Positions 9,194 through 16,902 of a stretch of 50,791 nt of DNA are shown piece after piece. Position 1 is the first letter of the stretch; the number at the start of each line of letters is the position of its first letter. A program made the translations under genes and the position numbers. Source of the stretch: a virus (taxonomy: Duplodnaviria > Caudoviricetes); IMG/VR virus record IMGVR_UViG_3300031576_000065, positions 1 through 50,791 of that record; one strand, given 5' to 3'. Below the pieces are notes generated by a model. That model was not told the DNA's origin. It did no database searches and was given only the letters and a program-made list of their open reading frames with translations.

Positions 9194-9487
9194 ATGACTC
9201 CCGAGCAAATAGCGGAGCTAGTAGCCAATACGGTTGCAGCGATGCTGCCAGGCGCACCGGAGGCGCCTATTACGACACCAGCGCAAGCGCCTGCTAGGAA
9301 GGCAGGAAGGCCGAAGGGGAGCAAGAACAAGACGAAGGCTACCCTTGTCGCAGCGTCTTGCATTACCGCTGGTACCGCATGGACGCTCCTCGGAGCAGAC
9401 GAGGCATTTGAGCCGAAGGATCACGACCGGCCGGCTAGTAACTATCAGCTCTACCGCCTCAACGTCGCCGGGCTCCTGACTGTCTAG
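9194..9487 (+). CDS. Early protein with AT-hook motif (paralog of 10700-11185)
   Basis: AGGAG RBS; RKAGRPKGSKNK; C-terminal AW..F.P..PA..QLYRLN..G.L shared with the paralog. Confidence 0.75.
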   Translation: MTPEQIAELVANTVAAMLPGAPEAPITTPAQAPARKAGRPKGSKNKTKATLVAASCITAGTAWTLLGADEAFEPKDHDRPASNYQLYRLNVAGLLTV

Positions 9488-9506
9488 TTCCCGACGTCGT
9501 ACTATC

Positions 9507-9541
9507 GCCCCCCTGGGCTACAACAGCTAGGGGGGCTCTTC
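9507..9541 (+). terminator. Probable intrinsic terminator or processing hairpin
   Basis: GCCCCCCT..AGGGGGGC stem followed by TCTTCT, just after the stop codon. Confidence 0.5.
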
Positions 9542-9993
9542 TATGCCCTGATATCTGCCAGGGTCGCGCACCTCCTCGAGACTCCTAGCCTCAGTAGCGC
9601 CCTATATCCCTGTAAGCAGTAGTCAACCAGCATCGCCGTAATGCCCCCTGTAACGCATTCTCCCGGCTTCCTACCCCTAACCCCAGGTTCCACTACCCCG
9701 AGTACCCCTAGGGGCTTAGAACGCCTTACAGTCCGTACAGTCCGTTCTGCCTCCACTACTCCATATCCCGATATTCGCCCATACGCGCGATAGTCAAAGA
9801 GCTCATGGACGGCGGGAGTGAACCATGGCGGTTACAAATCTTCGTGAGGCTCTCGTCAGCTCTCGTGAGGCTCCCTCACGATATAACAATAGGGGAGAAC
9901 AGATGTTCGTCACAAACTTGAGGGCACTTGAGGGTTTGGAGGTAGGCAGATTTGGCTCAACCAAAGGCGCTGAGAGACTTAACAAAACTTTAC

Positions 9994-10022
9994 TTGACTC
10001 ACAAAGCCGGCGCCTGTAGTCT
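9994..10022 (+). promoter_or_regulatory. Sigma70-type promoter
   Basis: TTGACT-17 nt-TAGTCT (TANNNT). Confidence 0.7.
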
Positions 10023-10028
10023 CCGACG

Positions 10029-10685
10029 GCTGGATCGGTTTGACGACCAGGGAGAGAGCTATAGGCTCTAACATAGCGATTGAGTGGCCCTGTCTGCACC
10101 GCTCTCCAACTAGATTATCTAGTGTGTAACCGAGAGGCAGGGTGGCTGTCTAGGACGGCAGCCAGGTAACCACCATAACCCGTATTAGTCCAGGGTCGCA
10201 GCGAGCAGAGAAGCCCCACTTACTCTCTGTAGGATACAGATTACCTCTGTGTCAGCCCACCGGAAGGGTGAGCCTTTATTAGAATCGCATTTATCAACGT
10301 GAGAGGGCAAGGTGGCTGTGTATCATGTGTATGGGTATGCGGCTTGGTGCGAGAGCATCCGTCCACCCTTCCAACGTGTAAGTCCCAATAATGGGCAGAA
10401 TGGACGTGGGGTAGCCTTTGTAGCGGCTCACCGATTGCAGCATGGCTGAAAGACACCTTATTGGGGTATAGTAAGCCTAGCAGCAACGGTCGATGCGTCA
10501 TTGGAGTAATCAACGAAATATACACACACCGTATCGTAGTAGTGAAGTTTACGGTGGGGCTGTTGATAATCACCAAGTGACATGAACAGTGTGATTATGA
10601 TCACACATCACATATCCTGATTATTAGCAACCCTGCCGTAGCTTCACGCATAACGCGGAAGCTATACCCCCACAGGTTGTGGGAG
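10029..10685 (+). ncRNA. Candidate large structured non-coding RNA or very long leader
   Basis: No + strand ORF of 60 aa or more in the track; at least 11 helices including long-range pairs; promoter directly upstream. Confidence 0.5.
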
Positions 10686-10699
10686 AAAGGACGGGTTTT

Positions 10700-11185
10700 A
10701 TGAAGCTCGCCAAGCACATTCAGATCGCTCGCACAGAGGGGCCAGAGGCAGGATTGGAGTTCTACCTGGCCTCGCGCGTAAGTGCGCGACACCCGCAGTA
10801 CGCGGAGATCACCAAGCGGCGCACCGATGCGACCCGCCTGGCAGCGTATTGCAGCATCTACTCCGACCAGATCGGACAGGTGCAGACAGTCCAGCAGGCT
10901 GACGACCATGCAACCCTCGTGCAGACCATCGCGGAGGCGGTCATGGCGCAGTTGCAGGACGCTCGGGCAGAAGTCGAGACCCCGCCTGTGATAGTAGGCA
11001 AGACCCGTACCACACGAAAGGGTCGCCTGCCCAAGACGGCTATCAGCGTCCTCACGCGAGAGGATGCCTGGCTCGCAGGTGGTGCAGCCCCGAAGTTCAA
11101 GCCGCGCACGAATGGCGACAGCCCCGCGAACGGCGGGCAATTGTATCGCCTGAATATGCTCGGCAAGCTCGTCTTCACCGACTGA
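10700..11185 (+). CDS. Early protein (paralog of 9194-9487)
   Basis: GAAAGGA RBS; basic linker RKGRLPK; same C-terminal QLYRLN domain. Confidence 0.75.
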   Translation: MKLAKHIQIARTEGPEAGLEFYLASRVSARHPQYAEITKRRTDATRLAAYCSIYSDQIGQVQTVQQADDHATLVQTIAEAVMAQLQDARAEVETPPVIVGKTRTTRKGRLPKTAISVLTREDAWLAGGAAPKFKPRTNGDSPANGGQLYRLNMLGKLVFTD

Positions 11186-11187
11186 TC

Positions 11188-11268
11188 GTGTTCCTCATCG
11201 GCGCAATAATGGTTGTGGTACTGGTTGGATTCTCTTTCTGGCTAATGTCACTACCACCCCGTCGATAG
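11188..11268 (+). CDS. 26-aa single-transmembrane peptide
   Basis: MFLIGAIMVVVLVGFSFWLMSLPPRR, starting 2 nt after the previous stop. Confidence 0.45.
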   Translation: MFLIGAIMVVVLVGFSFWLMSLPPRR

Positions 11269-11580
11269 GCTGCAATCTACCCCTAGGTACGCCACAGGTG
11301 TCCTGGGTAAATACTTGGGGGTAGTATGGAGCCTCTAAGAGGCCGTCCAAATGCCCATAAGGGCATAAACCAAGCCCTGTGTATAGAGAGTATGTAAGTA
11401 CGTGTACGGCTCCTCATGCAGTTTGTACGCGGAAAACGTGCTATTCCGAAACGAGTGGGTAATTTCTTACTTTACTTACACGGGGTACTCACAACCAACG
11501 CTGTGCGGGAGGCAGGGCCTAAGTGAGGTGATCATACCCCACTCTGCCTCCTAATCAGCTATTTGGTAAAGGAGGTTGAA

Positions 11581-11805
11581 ATGAATAAGGGCACGGATTC
11601 GGTTGCAGAGGTGGCGGATCATTTGTCCATCCTCGCGGATCACATTTCCCACCTGAAGATCTTCGGCGGATACGTTGTTGGGGCTCAGTTCGACATGACA
11701 GCGGACTATCCCCTTTCAATCGAGTTCGTCGATGCAGGTGGAAACTGGCATGGTATTCAATACAACCGAGTAGGGCGAGCCTCAGTTAAAAAAGGAGGGT
11801 GTTAA
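11581..11805 (+). CDS. Hypothetical protein
   Basis: AAGGAGG RBS. Confidence 0.7.
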   Translation: MNKGTDSVAEVADHLSILADHISHLKIFGGYVVGAQFDMTADYPLSIEFVDAGGNWHGIQYNRVGRASVKKGGC

Positions 11806-11809
11806 GTTA

Positions 11810-12100
11810 ATGATAGAACCCAACCCCATCACAGCGGAGTTGAGTCAAGCGGGGTTGGAGTTGATCAGCCCCGAGAACGTGGAAGCCACTACGGAGCGTA
11901 TGGGAGGCCGGGAGGTAGTTGAGCAGCTATTGAGCAGACTCACCTACGGAACCATAAAGCTATGTCCCGAGATTGGGATTCTTGGTGATCGAGGGTTCCG
12001 GGCGGTAGAGGCCGCTATCGTGACCGGACTAGCTGCCGGAATGGCTGCGGAGCAGCGCGCCCGGAGGGGGGAAGACCTCATGGGGGGATTTACTCTGTGA
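11810..12100 (+). CDS. Hypothetical protein
   Basis: AAGGAGG RBS; operon spacing. Confidence 0.7.
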   Translation: MIEPNPITAELSQAGLELISPENVEATTERMGGREVVEQLLSRLTYGTIKLCPEIGILGDRGFRAVEAAIVTGLAAGMAAEQRARRGEDLMGGFTL

Positions 12101-12318
12101 GTATGTGGCACTCCCCACACAAGGGCCGAAAGGCGTATCCTGTACGCCCATTATCATATAAGACCTCTGTTTCAGGTAACAAGGGCGGTAGGTCTGGTGA
12201 CAAGTCTCGCCGGCATCCGATCCAGCTACCTGGCTACCCTTCGGGAGTATGTCTAGGGGCAGGTAAAGAAGACAATTGCCATTGTGGCACACACAACAGG
12301 AGGGTAAATGCTCAATAG
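12097..12318 (+). CDS. Hypothetical basic protein
   Basis: GTGA overlap with the previous gene. Confidence 0.5.
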   Translation: MSMWHSPHKGRKAYPVRPLSYKTSVSGNKGGRSGDKSRRHPIQLPGYPSGVCLGAGKEDNCHCGTHNRRVNAQ

Positions 12319-12469
12319 AGCAGGATATGAGTTTCCAGTTGAGGGAACTCCCAAGAACATCATTAGATCGCGTAAAACGCTCGTGAAGAGCATCCTGGAC
12401 TACAAAGGGCCAATTGGTAGCCTAGGGCGTGCTCTGCGGGTAGTAGCAAATCGTGAAAGAAGAAGGTAA
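12308..12469 (+). CDS. Small hypothetical protein (53 aa)
   Basis: GGAGG RBS; MLNRAGYEFPVEGTPKNII..; TAATG overlap with the next gene. Confidence 0.5.
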   Translation: MLNRAGYEFPVEGTPKNIIRSRKTLVKSILDYKGPIGSLGRALRVVANRERRR

Positions 12470-12924
12470 TGCCCCTAACCCATGACTGGCGAGCACACTG
12501 CCTAAAGGCGGTAACGCATCTGAAGCCGAGAATAGGTAAGGATTTCGATATGTTGGTCATAAGTGGTCTTTCAGGTCAATGTGTCGGTTTCTATACCGCC
12601 GTCGTGCTTAAGGTTCCGCTTCTCGTTGTTAGGAAAGAGCCCACAAAAACGGGAACATACGGAGTCAAGCGTACTCTTATGGCAACGCCTGAGATTTCAG
12701 ACTTCTGGAGGGCATACCACAAACCTCCCCGCATCTGTTTTCTTGACGACTGGATAGGGAGTGGAGGCACTAGGAAAGAAACTTGCGAGATCATCCACGC
12801 GAAGGGCGGTAATTGCACAGTGGAATATCTCTACGGTCGTGAACAGGACGGTTTTTTTGATATAGACCCCGAAATCTACAAACAGTTTGGGCCTGTCAAG
12901 AAGTTAAGGGAGTTGGTGCTATAA
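12469..12924 (+). CDS. Type I phosphoribosyltransferase-fold protein
   Basis: PRPP-binding loop ICFLDDWIGSGGT and VPLLVVRK. Confidence 0.8.
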   Translation: MPLTHDWRAHCLKAVTHLKPRIGKDFDMLVISGLSGQCVGFYTAVVLKVPLLVVRKEPTKTGTYGVKRTLMATPEISDFWRAYHKPPRICFLDDWIGSGGTRKETCEIIHAKGGNCTVEYLYGREQDGFFDIDPEIYKQFGPVKKLRELVL

Positions 12925-13307
12925 TGAGTATCAAATTGTGGTATGATGATGTTCGACCCGCACCTGAGGGCTGGGTGTGGGCTCGTACAAACGACGAGGC
13001 AATTGCACTCCTTTCTTGCAATGACGTAACCCACGCAAGTTTGGATCATGACATGGGAAACCACGATCTACCGGAGGGCACTTACGACGGCGGGCCTAAT
13101 AGCGGATCAGGTATGCCACAGAAGGGGGAGGAAAACGGATACCACTTAGTTCAGTGGATGATCAAAAACGACAAACTCCCAGGTTGGATTCGTGTTCATT
13201 CCTGGAGTCCTTCTGGCGGAGAGCATATGTATCGCGCACTCCTTGATGCAAAGGGGGACAACGTAATCCGTCAGCCCTACAGACCTATGGAGGTTCTAGT
13301 ACTATGA
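12924..13307 (+). CDS. Cyclic-phosphate-processing receiver-domain protein
   Basis: KLWYDDVRPAP..SLDHDMG..GY..VHSWSPSG signature. Confidence 0.8.
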   Translation: MSIKLWYDDVRPAPEGWVWARTNDEAIALLSCNDVTHASLDHDMGNHDLPEGTYDGGPNSGSGMPQKGEENGYHLVQWMIKNDKLPGWIRVHSWSPSGGEHMYRALLDAKGDNVIRQPYRPMEVLVL

Positions 13308-13678
13308 GAGTTCTCGTAACGGGTTCATGTGCGTGGAAAGATAAAGAAGCTGTATACGAGCGACTATCCAAGTTGTCTTCTAACACAACCATCATTCACG
13401 GCTGCTCGATGGGGGTTGATACTTTCGCAGGATCTGCAGCCAAACGCCTGGGCTTCAAGGTGGAGGAGTTTCCGCCGGACTATGAAATTTATGGTAAGCA
13501 AGCCAGCGCCAAGCGCAACATCGCCATGACCGAAGCCGAGCCCGACATCTGTATTGCGTTCTGGAATGGAAAATCACACGGGACGTTCCACACGATGTAC
13601 GAAGCCATTATCAGAAACATTCCTGTGGACGTTGTGATGGAAAAAACGCAGGTAAAGCAACTTGCGTTTCAGGTCTGA
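13304..13678 (+). CDS. SLOG-family protein (YspA/DUF2493-like)
   Basis: RVLVTGS..IIHGCSMGVD..RNIAM..AFWNGKSHGT. Confidence 0.8.
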   Translation: MRVLVTGSCAWKDKEAVYERLSKLSSNTTIIHGCSMGVDTFAGSAAKRLGFKVEEFPPDYEIYGKQASAKRNIAMTEAEPDICIAFWNGKSHGTFHTMYEAIIRNIPVDVVMEKTQVKQLAFQV

Positions 13679-13683
13679 GTCTT

Positions 13684-13959
13684 ATGCCTCGTAACTGGAA
13701 AGAGGTACGGGAGAAGCGCCGCATCAAGCGGCAACAGGTGGAGCAGTCCTATAAGGAGTATGTTCCGCCGCAGGTGCGGCAACACCGCCAGGGCAGATGG
13801 TTTGCCAGGGTAAACGAAGCGCCGCAGTTTGTGGCATATGAGGGGGCTATATTTGACTGCCCTGATTGTGACAAGCGTTTCGTGAATATGGCGTATCTGA
13901 AGACCCACGTTAAGAAGAAACACTACCCACATGCAATTTCTAATGGTCGAACTAATTAG
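13684..13959 (+). CDS. C2H2 zinc-finger protein
   Basis: FDCPDCDKRFVNMAYLKTHVKKKH. Confidence 0.65.
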   Translation: MPRNWKEVREKRRIKRQQVEQSYKEYVPPQVRQHRQGRWFARVNEAPQFVAYEGAIFDCPDCDKRFVNMAYLKTHVKKKHYPHAISNGRTN

Positions 13960-14374
13960 AGTTCCGGCTGTCAATAAGCAACAGATAGCCCACCTGGGTA
14001 GTGAACACGACAAATCCTCTCGTAAGAACGCGGAGTTAATTTTACGAGCAGGTCACATAGTTACTATGATCGGCGAGGGGCCGTCAATGGAGCCGCTCAT
14101 TTCGAGCGGTACACGTATGGTCATAGGACCGTGGGCTAAGGGTCGCAGACCTAAGAAGTACGAAATCCTGTTTTGTCGTGCTGGCAATGGTGGTCGGTTT
14201 CACACCCTCCACTTGTGTTGGTATGTTATGCGCCGAAAGTTCCTGATGATTGACACAAAAGGGCGTGTCCTCGGGTATATTCCTTTTAAGTATATCTTGG
14301 GGGAGTACCTGGGTGCATGGGACACAGAAAAGCGGGATATAATCCCGTATGTACCAAACGGGGTAACTAACTAA
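13931..14374 (+). CDS. S24/S26 peptidase-like protein
   Basis: GPSMEPLISSG motif; start uncertain. Confidence 0.5.
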   Translation: MQFLMVELIRVPAVNKQQIAHLGSEHDKSSRKNAELILRAGHIVTMIGEGPSMEPLISSGTRMVIGPWAKGRRPKKYEILFCRAGNGGRFHTLHLCWYVMRRKFLMIDTKGRVLGYIPFKYILGEYLGAWDTEKRDIIPYVPNGVTN

Positions 14375-14631
14375 GTTAAGTAGCGAGAGGGTACGTCCCC
14401 GTGCCCTCCACGGTGCTTAGCACCCTACATCATGTCGTACATTCCGGTTCTGATCCCAGGGCGCGCGACTTGGTGCTTACCGTTTTACGGTAAGATGTGG
14501 GTAACCGTCCGGTAAGTTTAGCAACTGAGCCGGGTAGTTGCTGTCCCCCTGAGCTATTTCAAATGCGGAGCCCGTCTATGGACTCTAGTTTAGATATAGG
14601 CGGGGGGACAGGAGCTAGAGAAAGGAGAATT

Positions 14632-14772
14632 ATGGTTTTAGCTTCGACGCATATAAATCCGTGGGGAGGCAAGTGTATCCACGGAAAAGATGGTGCGTAT
14701 TTGTACAAGGGTTCGCAAGTGAATCCAAAATGCGTAGAGTGCCAGAAGTTGGGTCGTGATGGGAACCATTAG
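14632..14772 (+). CDS. Small Cys/His protein (46 aa)
   Basis: AAAGGAG RBS; CIHG..CVEC. Confidence 0.5.
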   Translation: MVLASTHINPWGGKCIHGKDGAYLYKGSQVNPKCVECQKLGRDGNH

Positions 14773-15469
14773 TCCTTTCTACGACGCCAAAATACTGTGG
14801 GAGTGGGACGATGGATATAGACTTGTCGAAGTGCGTACTCATCGTGACCTAAAGGTGTTGAGCAAAAACGGGGGGGGCTGCGCGGAGCAACACGCCTTCC
14901 TAACCGAAATTGCTGACCCCCAATGCGAGTTCATATTCGTCACCATTCACGACGAGCAGGTTGGGACAATCCTGTTTTGTAAACGACAGGATTTACGGGG
15001 TAAGATGCACCCGCAAGAGGACGAGCGAAAGAAGTGGAGGGTCAAGCATTATGGGGAAGGGGGTATGTACTCTCACATACACTCGTCTTTCTATGACAGT
15101 TTTCCTGATGGGGTTCAAGACAACCTTCTGGATTTTGAGAGAGAGATTAAGACAGCTCGGACACAATTTGCTCGCTTGAGGGAACAGGCTGTGCAAATAG
15201 GGCCGCTTCGCAAAGGCCACCCAATGAAGCCAGAGCTAGATAAAGCAAACAAAAGGATCACGGCCTGCATGGGGGCATTTGAAAAGGAACGATCAAGGAT
15301 TCGAGTGTGCTCCGGTCAACAATTTCTGTATCGAGGAACGGAGTTGTTCATTCTCCAAGTTTCAGGACGGGGGACTCACTACAGCGGGTGTAATACCCGC
15401 TATACAGACAAGTTTGTTGAGTTTATGACAAGAGAATCCAAAAAAGGAGTAACAGTTGGCACTGCCTAA
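14756..15469 (+). CDS. Hypothetical protein
   Basis: 237-aa ORF overlapping both neighbours. Confidence 0.7.
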   Translation: MMGTISPFYDAKILWEWDDGYRLVEVRTHRDLKVLSKNGGGCAEQHAFLTEIADPQCEFIFVTIHDEQVGTILFCKRQDLRGKMHPQEDERKKWRVKHYGEGGMYSHIHSSFYDSFPDGVQDNLLDFEREIKTARTQFARLREQAVQIGPLRKGHPMKPELDKANKRITACMGAFEKERSRIRVCSGQQFLYRGTELFILQVSGRGTHYSGCNTRYTDKFVEFMTRESKKGVTVGTA

Positions 15470-16901
15470 ATTGATGCAGCCCCCACGGAAGTTTCATTTT
15501 GAGGAACCACTGGGTCGTCCATTTCGTATCTGTAGCGTGGAAACGGAATTGGATGGGGCTGGTCAGGCGCTCGCGTCCGATCTATTCCAACACGGGATAG
15601 TTGCGTCTCCTGACGTTCAGTTGTACTCATTTCAACCGAAGAATGCCCACCCGCATGTCGCATATCTCAAGTTTGACGGGAGTGTGACAGCAGGAGAGTT
15701 GGTCTTTGACAGACTGGATCTAACCAACCCGGCGCACGCAGCCGCACTTCTACGTGCGCTCGAGAGACTTCGTAGCTTGGAGAAAAACGGTGACGTTGGT
15801 TATAACCCCAATTGTGGCGGGCACATTCACCTGGATGCAAATGGGTTTGGTATCTGGGATCTTGTTCGTTTGATGACCTTGTTTGGGTTCTGCGAGGAAC
15901 CTATCTTCCGTCTTGCAGGTGCTGGTAAGACTTATGGTCATCGAACGCTTTACACTGGATACGACCGAGCAAACCACGGAGCAGGATATTCTGATCCCAT
16001 TAGCAAAGGGCCTTTTACCTCCGCAAAGTCGGCTTGGGAAACAATTCGTAACCAGAAACGTATGTCGAGCCTGAACACCACGATCTACACAGCATCGAAT
16101 GACGTTACTGGCGGCGCGCACGGCGGATATCGGTGTAGCGGCGGGTGCCCAGGTGCCCGAGAATTTATCCCCCAGAAAAGAAACGGACAGACGGTAAGCG
16201 AAGCTGTCTTTGACAAGAAAACCTGCACCTGTCCCCAGAGGAAAAACACGATTGAGTGGCGGGTTTGGAACGCCCAGGGAAACCCACGCATTCTGTATGC
16301 GTGGATCGCGCTAATGCAGGCTATGCACGCCTGGGCGTGGCGGCCGGCTGACGATAAGAAATACCCAAAACACGACCCGATGCCTGCGTTTACATGGACG
16401 TGGCGTCCATTTAGCAGACTAACGCAGGATGAGCGCCGTCTAGCGCAGGATAGAGTGCAGTTCATGTTTCACGAGCTTCCTCTAACGGCAGAGGAAAAAG
16501 ACACTTTGCGCTATGCCTTCATGCGAACCCCGTACAAACTGTTCGGGAAGGACTGGATGAAGGCGCAAGCAAACACTCCGTACAAGCCGCCTGAATTTCC
16601 TAATATCTACAAAAAGACATTTAAGCGTAAGTTGGGTACAAACCCGGCAACAAATAGAGATTGGGCGGATGACAAGGGTGTTGACTACTCAGAGGGTGGG
16701 ATAGAAGATAACTTTTTTGAGCAGCAGAACGTTCAAGACACGATTGATTATTCACCAAGGCAACCCCAGCGGGTTATGTTGGGAGGGGACATTCCCGAGG
16801 GTACTACTATGAGCACCGACGCGACGGGTGGGTTCGAGGGTTCTTCTTACATATATCATAACGGGGAGTGGATACCTGATCCCCCACTACCGAGGAGGTA
16901 G
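15456..16901 (+). CDS. Putative amidoligase (COOH-NH2 ligase family)
   Basis: VETE, DGSV, GELV, CGGHIH and TIEWR motifs; adjacent to GATase and ATP-grasp genes. Confidence 0.8.
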   Translation: MALPKLMQPPRKFHFEEPLGRPFRICSVETELDGAGQALASDLFQHGIVASPDVQLYSFQPKNAHPHVAYLKFDGSVTAGELVFDRLDLTNPAHAAALLRALERLRSLEKNGDVGYNPNCGGHIHLDANGFGIWDLVRLMTLFGFCEEPIFRLAGAGKTYGHRTLYTGYDRANHGAGYSDPISKGPFTSAKSAWETIRNQKRMSSLNTTIYTASNDVTGGAHGGYRCSGGCPGAREFIPQKRNGQTVSEAVFDKKTCTCPQRKNTIEWRVWNAQGNPRILYAWIALMQAMHAWAWRPADDKKYPKHDPMPAFTWTWRPFSRLTQDERRLAQDRVQFMFHELPLTAEEKDTLRYAFMRTPYKLFGKDWMKAQANTPYKPPEFPNIYKKTFKRKLGTNPATNRDWADDKGVDYSEGGIEDNFFEQQNVQDTIDYSPRQPQRVMLGGDIPEGTTMSTDATGGFEGSSYIYHNGEWIPDPPLPRR

Positions 16902-16902
16902 C

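Noticed and set aside
11372-11415. Group II intron domain V (GAGCCGTAC on the - strand)
   Set aside because: The complementary arm with the AC bulge and domain VI are missing.
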